A DNA stretch of 64,000 nt from assembly GCA_951406725.2 (NCBI GenBank), contig OX597824.1, positions 27,652,001-27,716,000 of the forward strand. The letters are read 5' to 3'. Shown here one piece after another: positions 24,426 to 37,646 of this stretch. Below the pieces are notes generated by a model. That model was not told the origin of the DNA. It was given only the letters and a program-made list of their open reading frames with translations, and did not search any database. This stretch comes from Octopus vulgaris (Eukaryota). Within the stretch, counting starts at the first letter, position 1. Every line of letters starts with the position of its first letter. The translations under genes were made by a program, and so were the position numbers.

Positions 24426-24671
24426 CGAGCGATTACTGTTTCAATCTCATTCTGAGATTTAGTTATGATAGTGTATTGCCATTATGCTGTTCACTATGCA
24501 GTGAGATTCAATGTGAGTTTGTTTGTCGCTGTCGCCAATGTTGTTGCTTCTATCAAAATAGTAAGGAAACCCTGAATGGACAGACATATGACCAACAGCT
24601 CTCCCCTCATATCAATAACATTTCGTATTTTCATACATAGGGTATCCAGGCCCATATTTTCCAATGTATAC

Positions 24672-24894
24672 TCTCTTTTACTCTTTTACTTGTTTCAGTC
24701 ATTTGACTGGGGCCATGCTGGAGCACCGCCTTTAATCGAGAAAATCGACCCCGGCACTTATTCTTTTGTAAGCCCAGTACTTATTCTATCGGTCTCTTTT
24801 GCCGAACCGCTAAGTGACGGGGACATAAACTCACCAGCATCGGTTGTCAAGCAATGCTTGGGGGACAAACACAGACACACAAACACACACACGC

Positions 24895-24935
<41 letters not shown>

Positions 24936-25102
24936 TACGACGGGCTTCTTTTCAGTTTCCGTCTACCAAATCCACTCACAAGGCTTTGGTCGGCCCGAGG
25001 CTATAGTAGAAGACACTTGCCCAAGGTGCCGCGCAGTGGAACTGAACCCGGAACCATGTGGTTGGTAAACAAGCTACTTACCACACAGCCACTCCTGCGC
25101 CT
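24672..25102 (-). mobile_element. Full-length tRNA-derived SINE family B with internal (CA)n(TA)n
   Basis: Minus-strand head AGGCGCAGGAGTGGCTGTGTGGTAAG (A box) and GGTTCAGTTCC (B box), with an (AAAAGAGT)n tail. Near-identical copy at 47554-47952. Confidence 0.93.
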
Positions 25103-25224
25103 CACTTTTATTTTAAATAATAATTTCTAATGCGTTCTAATTTGAATCCAGTGGGGTTTAGCTGCTATTTCTACAGCATAAATTGCGACATCGTGTACAC
25201 GTTACTAATATTATTTAGTAGAGT

Positions 25225-25790
25225 AAGGTGGTGAACAGGCAGGATCGTTAGCACACCGGACGAAATGCTTACCGGTGTTTCGTCTACCGCTACGTTCTGA
25301 GTTCAAATTCCGCCGAGGTCGACTTTGCCTTTCAACCTTTCGGGGTCGATAAATTAAGTACCAGTTACGCACTTCGGTCGATGTAATCGACTTAACCCGT
25401 ATGTCTATCCTTGTTTGTCCCCTCTGCGTTTAGCCCCTTGTAGGCAGTAAAGAAATAGGTATTTCACCTGAGTTCAAATTCTACCGAGGTCGACATTGCC
25501 TGTCATTCTTTCGGGGTCGATAAATTAAGTACCAATGAAACACTAGGGTCGATGTGATCGACTAGTTCCCTACCCCCAAATTTCAGGTCTTGTGCCTGTA
25601 GTAGAAAGGATAGTTATCATGCCGGGTAAATTGTTTGGCGGCATTTCATCGGTCCATCCTTACGTTCTGAGTTCAAATTCCGCCGAGATCGATTCTGCCT
25701 TTTATCCTTTCGGGGTCGATAAAATAAGTAACAGTTGGCTACTGGGGTCGACTCTCCCCGAAAATTACACGCCTTGTATCAAAATTTGTA
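25225..25790 (+). mobile_element. SINE family C dimer plus an extra monomer
   Basis: GAGTTCAAATTC..CCGAG.TCGA...CTTTCGGGGTCGATAAA occurs three times. Linker TTGTTTGTCCCCTCTG.GTTTAGCCCCTTGT follows the first. Confidence 0.9.
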
Positions 25791-26585
25791 GCCCATTTTA
25801 TTTCCACCAGTATTTTATAATCATTGCAAAAATGAAGGCAGCTTGGTGGCATTTTTCTAAGCTTTACGTTCTGAGTCGATAGACTTGATTCAACTCCCCG
25901 CTGATGTTGAGCTAGATATTAGAACTATTAATATTAAAGAATATACTATAATATTTAAGCTGGAATTAATGTAAAGCTTCTGCATTTTTTGTACGATTTG
26001 CCCTCAGAAGTACATCTAGTACGTTAGACAAATAACACTTGCAACACTCAAATCCTTATAATCAATTTAACTGAAGATACTTACAACATCTATTGGCGCG
26101 GGGTTCACATCTTAAAAAGCACGGAGCTTGAAGACAATGGTAGGGAAACCAGATTTAATTCCGATTGTTATAAGTTGTCAACTTGTGACACACATAATTA
26201 AAGATTAAATACTCAATTATAGTCAGAGAAATTATATGTGACTTTATATACGTTCCCAATCAAGATGAAGGTTGTGTTGAAATATTGTCGTTAAATGTAC
26301 ATTTCAGATTGAAATAGGAAACAGGAAAGCCTTTAAGTTCATATAATTAATGTCATAGAAACGGAATATTTGCAGGTCATCTTCAATTTCTGAGGGGGGA
26401 AAAAGAAAGTATATTTATACATACATACATACATACATACATATATGCGTACGCATGTGTGTGCGTGTGTGTGTGTGTGTGTTTGATCGGATACATACAA
26501 ATAAACAATATAAACAATTTAAATATCTGACAAAATCTGGACATTAAGACAATTTCAATGGAATTATTCTCTCATCGATTTTCTG

Positions 26586-26616
<31 letters not shown>

Positions 26617-26679
26617 CATATATATATGTGTGTATGTGTATATATATATACATATACATACATACATATATATATATAT

Positions 26680-26758
<79 letters not shown>

Positions 26759-27285
26759 CATATTGCCATTACTATTCTAGAGTATTTGTACACACCGAAT
26801 ATGTGTCTTTGTATATATGTGTGTGTGTGTGTGTGTGTTTGTGTGCGTGTGTGTGCGTGCGTTCTATTCGTTTCCATATAAAAAAACCCCCATCGAACAC
26901 ATATATGTATATATTTTTCTTTAGTCGCCACTTTTTTTTTTTTTACCTCCCTTTTTTCTTGCTCCCAGAAATTTAATCTTATTTTTCATTTTCTTCTCTG
27001 CCAATCTCTTCTCCTTCTTTATTTTTTCTCATTTCCTGAACAACGAGAAATCTTTGACAGTAATGTCACTAGCAACAATAACGACACCGTGAAAATATTA
27101 CAATAAAGAAGACGGATACATTAGGAAAATATCTTGTGAAATAAATAGGGAAAGAGAAATTCTCATTTCCCTTCGCGTTCATATTTCGATCGATTTTGGT
27201 TTGTCTTACCCCGCTTCTTCGCCATCCTTTCTTTCTTTCTCTCGATTCTAATCACAATTTCTCTTGTCCTATTCTCTTTCCTCTC

Positions 27286-27373
<88 letters not shown>

Positions 27374-27431
27374 TATATACACATATATATAATGAAATAC
27401 ATACACTATTTATATATATATATATATATAT

Positions 27432-27476
<45 letters not shown>

Positions 27477-27568
27477 TATATATTTATTATGAAATACATA
27501 AACTATTTATATATATATACATATATATACATATATATATATATATACATATGACCATTCCGAAATAT

Positions 27569-27620
<52 letters not shown>

Positions 27621-28289
27621 TACATACACTCCATATATATATCTATATATAGATATATATATATAATGAAATACATACACTCCATATATATATATGATTC
27701 CCTAAAAACAATATTCTTTGAAACAGTTACGATTATTCTTATTTCTAATTTATTTTGTATTTTCGCGTGTTTTCTTCGGCACAAGTTCTCCATTCGTTAA
27801 ACCTATGCACTGCTCACATCCACCACGCAGTTTATTTTTTTCCCCCTTTTTTCCACTTTTCTCTACTCTCTATTTTTTCTCTAAACATTTCCCCCTGTCA
27901 TCTTTTTCCACATCATTCTCTATCCATTTTATCTTTCGCCAGCTCTGCATACTGCTGCTCATTTCTGGTCTTCTTCGAATTGTTTAATTTATAATTTCTC
28001 GCCTTACTCTTGATTACTTTGCATTCTTTCTTCCGTTATTGTTATTTCCTTTGTGCTGTCTTCTTCCTATTTGTGCCGTTTGTACGTTCTTTCATTTCGT
28101 GCATGATGCATTCCTTTCTTTATTTCTCTTTTCCTTCTTTTTACAATAAACCTTTAAATTCGATTAACTTTCTCTACATTTGGAAAAATTATTCTCATAC
28201 TCGGGTATTTCGTATCTTTTAATTTTAGCCTCTCATTTAGCCTTCATGTTGTTTTATTAAAAGATACGATAAAGTATTCGATACAAATT

Positions 28290-28887
28290 TCGGCACATGA
28301 CCAAACATTTCGGAGTAGGGGCGTTGTTGATTACATCAACCTCTGTGTCCAAATGGCACTTTTTTAATTGACTCCGAGAAGATGAAAGCCAAAGTCGACC
28401 TCGGTGTAATTTGAACTCAACGTATAGACGGACAAATGCCACTAAGCATTATGCCTGGCATACTTGAAATTCTGCTAAGCCCGTCGCCTTCAGAAACGTT
28501 AAAGTATTTTTTTTCTACTCTAGGCACAGTGCCCGAAATTTTGGGGTAGGGGACCAGTCGAATAGATTGATTCCACTACGCAACTGGTTCTTAATTTATC
28601 GACTTCGAATGGATGATAGGCAAAGTCAACCTCGGCAGAATTTGAACTCAGCACATAAAAACAGATGAAATACCTATTTCTTTAATACTCACAAGGGGCT
28701 AAACACAGACAAACGGATTAAGTCGATTATATCAATCCCAGTGCGTAACTGGTACTTATTTAATCGACGCCGAAAGGATAAAAGGCAAAGTCGACTTCGG
28801 CGGAATTTGAACTCAGAACGTAACGACAGATGAAATACCGCTAAGCATTTCACGCGGGTGCTAACGATTCTGTCAGCTCGGCGCCTT
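28290..28887 (-). mobile_element. SINE family C monomer (28290-28490) plus dimer (28505-28887)
   Basis: Reverse-complement family C motifs. The dimer is flanked by TSD AGAAACGTTAAA (28492-28503 / 28888-28899). Confidence 0.9.
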
Positions 28888-29022
28888 AGAAACGTTAAAA
28901 CAGTTTCCCGTTATTTTGTCCGGGTATTTACAATCTGGATGTCATCTACTTCGCTTTTCTTCCTTCTGGGATCAGTAAAATAGAGTAATTAGCAAGAACT
29001 AGGTCAGTTTAATAAACTGAAT

Positions 29023-29219
29023 CAATGATTCTCAACCTTTTTTACTATCCAGACCAGATTCAAAATCTGGATTGTTTTATGGAAACGCAGCCCAAACAAG
29101 TTAAATAGGAAACAATCTAAGAAAACTTTATTATATCTTAAGAAGAAATACTAGCGAGGATACCAGAAGGATACTCGAAAGCCGCATTCGGGCTCGTGAG
29201 CCGCTGTTGAGGACAGCTT
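29023..29219. mobile_element. hAT-like MITE remnant
   Basis: CAATGATTCTCAACCTTTT...GCCGCATTCGGGCTCGTGAGCCGCTGTTGAGGACAGCT resembles hAT/Charlie-type termini. Confidence 0.5.
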
Positions 29220-30390
29220 GCAGAAGTATTCCTTTGAAGCCCTTGGCCTTATGGCATTGTTGTAAACGAGTTATCGTTTTTAACCACCTTATATGACAGT
29301 ATCTTTTTTTGCTATTATTCATTGGGTAATTTATTCATTTCTTTATCAGCATTACCCTTTCTTCTTCATTGTGTCTTTATATGTATTATACATTTTCCCC
29401 TTTTTTTCTCATTCTGGGTCTTTTTACTTTTTATTTCTTTGCTTCAGTTTTAAATCTATTCATTTTCTCTCCCTAGTAACATGCTCACTGAATCGTTTTT
29501 CTTCAGTTCTTTAAAAATTTATACGAGACAATCATTCTCAGCTCTTTATAAATCTTCTTACTGTTTGTATTATATTTCAGTTATTTATAACATTTCTAAT
29601 ATCGTATCGATTGCAACGTAGTAAAAACACATACTAGCGAATTCATAAACACACAAACATTTCAAATTCCACTTAGATATTTATTATTTCGAGTGAAAAA
29701 TTGTCCTCGCTCTATTTACCATCTGGTCTCTACTTCATCGTGATGCATCGATGTGACGAAACGCTCGACACCAAACAATAACTGTTTAACTGAAGGTAAG
29801 GGTCTTTGTGGGTAGGTTCTTCAATGGCTAATATGTTTTCCTTGCTGTAATTGTTTTAGTTCCAAAATATGGTCTCCGATCAAATCAGATGCCAGTCAAT
29901 TACATCTCCGAAATACCATTATTTCTTTCACTCATTTTGCATTTTAGTCCTGCATTCTCCCTCATCTCCAATCGTATAAACTTTATTATCTTATATTTCT
30001 TCCCTTCTAAGATCCCTTAAACATATTTTTCTTTCATCTTCGAATATTTCCAATGAGTTTCTTTCGTATTATCTCCAGCAGTGTGGCTTAATATCATATA
30101 TTTTATATTTATCCTTTACTCGTTCCGGGCATTAGACTGCGCCCATGCTGGTGCATTGTCTTTAAGAATTTTTGGTCGAATTAATCGCCCCCAGTACTTA
30201 TTTTTTAAAGCCTGGTACTTATTCTAACGATATCAATTGCCGAAATGCTGGGCTACAGGGACGTAGTCGCAACAATACCGATTGCTAAGCGGTTGTGAGG
30301 GATAAGCACAGACACAATGACACACAAACATAGATACACATACTAACATACATCCAAACACACAAACATACACACACACACAAATACATA

Positions 30391-31420
30391 TACGAGGGAC
30401 AGTACAAAATTATACGCACTCTTGTTTTTCCAATGTATTTACTCAAAAACAAGGGTTAAACAGGTACCTCATTTTCAGGTATTGTCCGCTTCCTTTTCAA
30501 TTCACTTGGTCCAGTGCTCCACAAGCTTGCGTATTCCCTCCAAGACGAAGGTATTTAGTTGGTCGTGCAACCATTCATGCACGGCTTCTTTCACATCATT
30601 AACTGTAGGAAATCGACAACCTCGTAAACCATCTTTGTGTGATCCAATGATATGACAGCGGGAAGGAGCGAGAGTTGGGTGTAGGCTGGGCGTTCTAGCA
30701 GCTCAAAACCCAATTGGCTAATGATTTCAACTGTCTGGGTTGTCGTGTGTGGGTTTGCATTGTCATGCAACAGCAAATTTTTCTTCGACAATAGGCCTCG
30801 GGTTTTGGTGCGAATTACTGGCTTCACATTGTTGGCCAGCAAAGCATTGTATCTTGCACTATTGAACGTACACCTCTTCTCCATGTAGTCTTCCAGTATA
30901 TGGTCCTTTGATACCCCAAATAGGGTTAGCATCACCTTTATAGCGGAAGACTGAGTCTTGAATTTCTTCATCACTGGCAAGCCACGATGTTTCCATTTTA
31001 TACTCTATCTTTTGGATTCTGCCTCTTAATGATGGATCCACGTTTCATCTCCTATGATTACTCTGGTCAAAAACTGCACGCCCTCGTTGATGTAGCGGTC
31101 GATTAAACGTTGGCAGACCTCAAGACATTTGCGATTGTGCTCTGTTGTAAGCTCTCTTCGGTCTCATCTTACACTGACTTTATGGAAGCCGAGCTCATCC
31201 TGGATGATTTCATAGGCAGAACCATGACTACTCTGCATACAAGGAACTACCTAATCAATGATAACACACCTGTTTACCATTACAATCTCTCGAGCATTCT
31301 GAATCTTCTCGCCGGTGGAGACCCTTGACAGGCGTTCCACTATTGTGCTACAAACCTCCGAAGAATTTCAGCACCTGACACACCTTCAGACTACAGATAT
31401 CGGATCGATGCTCTTTGATC
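30391..31420 (-). mobile_element. Mariner transposase pseudogene
   Basis: TACGAGGG terminus at 30391. Minus-strand ELGFHKVSVR*, FLTRVIIGDETWIH, KKFKTQSSAIKVMLTLF, LLLHDNANPH, GFELLERPAY and EGIRKLVEHWTK, with stops and frameshifts. Confidence 0.93.
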
Positions 31421-31509
31421 GTGATTGGCGCACATTGTTAGTGGAGAGGCCAAACTTATACTGTAAAGCCAGATATTAAAATGGAGCGTTGAGGCTCAAA
31501 CTTCGATTC

Positions 31510-32340
31510 CCGTGGTCTGAAAATAACCCCGAGCCAGTCGTTGAAGGATTTTCCAATCCACATTGACAGAACGAGCCAGTTTGTTTGTTCCTTCTCGAGC
31601 TATGACTCGCTCATAAGGGCCGGTTTCCCGGTTTCCTTGGCGTATAGGTTCCACCTGGACGGTGAGCTGCAAGATACAGGAAGGAAGAGTGAGAGAAAGT
31701 TGTGGCGAAAGAGTCAGCAGAAGTTTGCCATTACCTTCTGCCGGAGCTGCGTGGAGCTTAGATGTTTCGCTCATAAACATACACATCACCCGGTCTGAGA
31801 TTCGAACCCGCGATCCCTCGACCGGGAGTCCACTGCTCTAACCACTAGACCATGTGCCTCCAGAACAATCCAGGATGATCGCCCAGACATAATTATTAAA
31901 GACAGGGAAGAAAATACTTGCAGACTAATACATGTAATTGTTCTCACTAATAAAAGTGTATCGGTAAAAGAATTTGACAAATTAAGTAAATGTAAGGACC
32001 TCGATTTTAAAATACAAGAGTTGTACCATCTTAAAGTGAGAGCTGTTCCTGGTATTGTAGGTGCCCTAGGTACGTTAAAAAAAGAGATGTCAGAAACATC
32101 TAGATAAGATCCCTGGAGAACCTTGTCTCGGAGAAATCCGAAAGATTGTGCTTGACAAGAACTGCCCACATCCTTAGAAAATCCCTATCCATTTGGAAGT
32201 CTGTGCTGTGTTACATGAAGATACTTCTCTTCTGTGCCTGCCACTTTCTCACCTCAAGCTTTCAATTAAGCTGTAACATCCCATATCCTTCACTCGCCAC
32301 AGGATGTTTGGTGAGTCTTCGCGAGTGATTGTAACAAACA
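31510..32340 (+). mobile_element. R4/Dong-type LINE C-terminus (restriction-like endonuclease) and 3' UTR, interrupted by a SINE
   Basis: WSENNPEPVVE..DFPIHIDRT | IQDDRPDIIIKDREENTCRLIHV..KEFDKLSKCKDL..VPGIVGALG..TAHILRKSLS. Confidence 0.88.
31573..31860 (-). mobile_element. tRNA-SINE with a family A-like head and a different 3' part, inserted in the LINE
   Basis: Minus-strand head GAGGCACATGGTCTAGTGGTTAGAGC...GGGTTCGAATCTC. TSD CAGAAC at 31567-31572 / 31861-31866. Removing it restores the LINE reading frame. Confidence 0.9.
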
Positions 32341-32672
32341 TTTTTTATTTATTTTATCTAGTTTCAGCTCACGAGCAGTGGCCATGCTGGGGCACCGCCA
32401 TGCAGATTAAAAGTTTAACAAAATAATGTTTGGAGGAGGAGCAAATGGAAGATGGTGGTGGTAATCCAGAGCGAGCCTATAGGTTTGTTTACAAAGTTCT
32501 ACATGCATGAATAAATTCTTCTTCTTCTTCTTCTTCTTCTTCTTCTTCTTCTTCTTCTTCTTCTTCTTCTTCTTCTTCTTCTTCTTCTCTCTCCTCCTCC
32601 TCCTTCTTCTTCTTCTTCTTCTTCTCCTCCTCCTCCTCCTCCCCTCCTCCTTCCTCCTCCTCCTTCTTCTTC

Positions 32673-32704
<32 letters not shown>

Positions 32705-32711
32705 CTTCTTC

Positions 32712-32757
<46 letters not shown>

Positions 32758-33259
32758 CCACTACCACCATCATCATTTAACATCCATCTTCTATGCATGC
32801 ATGGGTCAGGCCCAAATGGCTTAGCTGATTGAAACTTCGAAGTCATATTCAACAACATTCTTGTTATGAATAATATATATGTATATCTATATATCCATAT
32901 AGGTTCATGTTCTAGAGGTTAGATTTTTCATCTTAGGAGCGAAATGTGGTTTCAATTTCAATCAGGATGCGAGTTTTGTCCTTGAGCATGTTAATTCATT
33001 TCACACAACTACATTATCCTGCCGTGTGCTGGTGCAGGAATCTTCCCTTCAAAAGACAAATCCTGGACAACTCCTTGCATCCAAGTCTGGGAAATTTGAG
33101 AAGGTAGTTACGAGTTCTTGGAGTTATATTGTCACACATAACAAATGGCGAACTATGGTATATGTTACCATGCTATGTATGCATGTATGTATGTATGTAT
33201 GTATGTATGTATGTATGTATGTATGTAGTATGTATGTATGTTTGTGTATGTATGTCTCT

Positions 33260-33830
33260 TCTAATTTTTAATTATTATAAATCTTCCACGGAGGAGGAAG
33301 CCGGTTTTCAAAAAAGATACAAGGTTCCATCTTTGGGATGTAGTTAACAAAGGCAAATACACATTTGGAACTTGAGAAAAGTCTTGCATATTTTTACTGT
33401 TCCATTCACAGATTGCACTTGTAATGTATGAATTAGGCTGTCGACTTCGATTTCTGAAGATCTCAGTTTATCCAGATTCTCCCTTAAGCATTTAATAACA
33501 AAACGTAATTTCTGAAAATCCCAATTCGTACCATAATTTGGAAATAGAATCTGGAGGATATCTTGTCCATAGATATCCTCTTTTACTTTGATTTTCAAAG
33601 AGATCTATACATCTCCAAGGCAGCTGACTTTTATGATGGTACATACCTTAGCTCATCTGTCTTAAACAATAACATCCGGCGTATTAATTTTGCATTTCAC
33701 AGACGTTTTGCTAGGAATATTTCACCAGAATTCCTTGAGTTGGTGTTTATGAAACTATTCCATAACGGAGAGATTTCCTAAGTTTATTTCAGGGCAATCT
33801 TTTTGTATGCATGTTGTGTGTCTGTATGTT
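33260..33830 (-). mobile_element. RLE-type non-LTR retrotransposon C-terminal remnant (second family)
   Basis: KEFW*NIPSKTSVKCKINTPDVIV*DR*AKVCTIIKVSCLGDV*ISLKIKVKEDIYG...GTVKICKTFLKF is a PD-(D/E)xK-type endonuclease pattern. Confidence 0.8.
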
Positions 33831-34208
33831 TCATTATGCATATTTTTGTTTATGTGCTTGTGTCCGATATTTCGTAATATTTTGTGTAATATGCACATAT
33901 TCAGCAAAAAAAAAAAAAACAGTTTAAGGAATTATTGAAGTAATGTCACTTCCATAGTGTGTTATATAATTATGGCAAACAAACAGAAGCAACCGATCTT
34001 ACTTTTAGGAACATTTATTTAACTGCGTTTCTCCATGGATAGATAACATTCAAAATAGAAAGAATTTTACATTATTTTACCTTATAAAAAGATTTCTATT
34101 AAATCTATTATCTTATATAACAGCGCTTGAAGCAAGAATCGACACCATTCTACACACACATACATACATACATACATGCATGTGGGCATAAGGAAATAAA
34201 TACATATG

Positions 34209-34258
<50 letters not shown>

Positions 34259-34308
34259 TATATACATATATATATACCTACACCTACATACCTCCATGTA
34301 TATATTCC

Positions 34309-34367
<59 letters not shown>

Positions 34368-34764
34368 CCCATATATATGTAATTATGCAGAGATAATTTT
34401 CCTAATATGAAATATATAATGGAAATATGTGATGATGAAAAATAATATGCGGCCACATATTATTATATATGGTAGGAACATTAAATTCATATTAAATAAG
34501 AATTTGAAATAATGGGATTAACATGAGCAAAATGAATATAATAATATGTTTATAGAACATAAAATATTATTTGATACCTTATTGGACAAATGATATACAG
34601 AGTATGCATAATATAAGGAAACATATGCATACATGATAACTGAATACATGATGTGCAATATAAAAAAATGCTACAATTATTATAATGGAGCGTGTGTGTT
34701 TGGTTGTGTGTGTGTGTATAAACGCTTTTTTATATATGTGTGTGTAAACTTACATGCACACACT

Positions 34765-34823
<59 letters not shown>

Positions 34824-35015
34824 GATATCACATACTTGGTGTATGTGTTTAGATTAAGTTTGTGGAATTTCATCCAGGAAAATTCACGTTAAGAGGTAAA
34901 TGGCATAACTCAAATGTAAGCGAAAGCAGCACTGTGGATATCGATATTTCGCCGTTATACATCTCCTCGTTAGCTTATATTAGAGTTATCCACGAAACGA
35001 ATCGCTGATCTTATA

Positions 35016-35460
35016 TACAGGTTGTCTCAAAAATTTTGACATGGTTTCGTAGTCTAATAACATTGCCAATTCTTGCGCAAATGATCTCAAATTTTAACAA
35101 AATGTTTAAGAACTAAGTTTGGATCTAGTGTGCTAGTAATGATATCAATGTGCTTTTGAAATGGCCACCGCGTTCACTTGAATTAACACCTTGTGATTTT
35201 TTTTCTATGGGGCTACGCGAAAGGAATGGTCTATATCGCCCTCTTCCTATAAGCCTAGAGGAACTGAAGATGAGAATCAGTGAGGTGCTGGAGAATGTTG
35301 CAAACGATACTCTACATGGTGTTTAGCAGGAAGTGGACCACTGACGTGACGTGTGCCGTGTCACAGGTGTTGACATTTGTGATGGTTTGTGAAATTCGTT
35401 ATAAACTCTACATCCTTCTGAATCAGTTGTTCGAATTTTGATAAATAAAGCCTCCACATA
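35016..35460 (+). mobile_element. Internally deleted Tc1/mariner (WPPRSPDL-type) element
   Basis: TACAGGTTGTCTCAAAA terminus. WPPRSLELTPCDFFLWGYAKGMVY..SLEELKMRISE..CRVTG starts at 35162. Confidence 0.85.
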
Positions 35461-36326
35461 TGTCCATGCATTCTTTTTATATAATGTTTGGTTTTTTTAA
35501 AATGTCCTAAATCCATTCGCTCCTTTTTATTTTCCTACCTTTCTGAAGTTTCCAAAAACATTTGCCGTCAACTGATGGTGAAATTTTAATGGACTAATGG
35601 ACAGAGAAAACCATTGTTCCAATATATGCGTAAAATTCTGGCCAATATATAGGAACATTGTTTCATGCACATATTCGAAATTCACTTTCTGAAAAGAATG
35701 CTAAGTGGCAAGAGATGGTGAATAAGTAAAATGCACGGAAACTTCCGGATGTAAATTATTAATTGAAAAAGCGGACGGAGAAAGTAAAGCTGGAACATGT
35801 GACTTGGCAAACCTATCAGAAAACGAAAGGAAGCGTAAATAAGGAAAAAGTAAAAATGAAAACACTTTGACAAATGCGTGTTACGTGTGAGGGAGGAGTT
35901 TGATAAGATAACAAAGTTAGAATTGGATCTGTAATTATGTGTTGATGTGTTTGTATGGAGGCCCACGTGTGTGCTAAAGGTGACCGGTAAGGCGTAGTAT
36001 ACTATAGTTAAGGAAAGTATAAGTGTTACATGTGCAAGCAAAGGGTGTGTGGGGCAGCGTAGGAGGAAGGTGTTTGAATGAGAAACAAAACGTGTGAGCG
36101 CGAGTGTAGGTCCGATGGTGGGTGAACGTGCACACTTATACAGATACGTGTTTATATTTGTCTAAGTAGAATGTTAGCAGCTGCAATATATGTGTTAAAG
36201 AGGCACAAAAATTCGAGACTGTCGGTATGTATATATTTGTGTGTGTATTTGTAGTTATAGGTAGGTGGTGCGTATCTATGTGCGGATATGCTTATATACA
36301 TATATATATATATATATATACATACA

Positions 36327-36559
36327 TATATGAATAAATGAAAGAATGGAGTCGAACGAAGATGTTAACAAAATTCCTTTACTCTCGACACATGTTTCGA
36401 AGACAGCATATTTTCATTCCGAAGGAATAAAGAGTGCATTATGCAATCTTACCCTTTATTCCTTCGGAATGAAAATATGCTGTCTTCGAAACATGTGTCG
36501 AGAGTAAAGGAATTTTGTTAAAATCTTCCTTCGACTCCATTCTTTCATTTATTCATATA
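36327..36559. repeat. Near-perfect hairpin with 106-bp arms and a 21-nt loop
   Basis: 36327-36432 versus 36454-36559, two mismatches by eye. The right arm contains GAAAC AUGU GUC, resembling a hammerhead 3' half. Confidence 0.95.
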
Positions 36560-37003
36560 CAACACACAAATTTCTGTACATGAACCCGGAGTTTCTACCC
36601 TTGACAGGTCGCTTCAACCGTGTTTTCTGACGTGAATTTGCTACCCAGGTTTCGGTTAAACGAATTTTCCATGCCGACGATAAACATAGCATAATTCATT
36701 CACCTACTTATATATACATATATGTATACAGAAACGAGGATATATACAAATAAATATATAAAATCTATAACATGACTTTGTTCAAATAACAAAGCTGGTC
36801 GCGTAATCCGTTTTCGGTGAAACAGACGGAAAGAAAATTTTGAAACTAGGAATACCAATGGGAATGCTAAATAAAACAAACAATTTTGTGAAATCTCGTT
36901 TGATAATGATTGTCACGAATGAAATAATATATATAAATATATATATATATGTGTGTGTGTATATATATACATAGATACATGTATATATATATATATATAT
37001 ATA

Positions 37004-37042
<39 letters not shown>

Positions 37043-37074
37043 ATATATACATGTATGTATACATTGATACATAG

Positions 37075-37145
<71 letters not shown>

Positions 37146-37283
37146 CCTATATATGTATATATACCTATATACATATACTTATATATATACGCACGCACAC
37201 AAACACACATATACACACACATAGACTCACACACGCACGCACACACACACATATATAAAAAACAGTCATATATATATATATTC

Positions 37284-37322
<39 letters not shown>

Positions 37323-37455
37323 CACTAATATTTATTTACACACACGCACACACAAACACACACACACATATATACTTACACATACACACACGAACACACA
37401 CACATTGCCTCAAATAAGGAACGAATATCGGATGGCTTCATGTTTGTTATTATTA

Positions 37456-37523
<68 letters not shown>

Positions 37524-37541
37524 TAATATTATTATATTCTT

Positions 37542-37572
<31 letters not shown>

Positions 37573-37596
37573 TAATTATTATTATTATTATTATTA

Positions 37597-37646
<50 letters not shown>

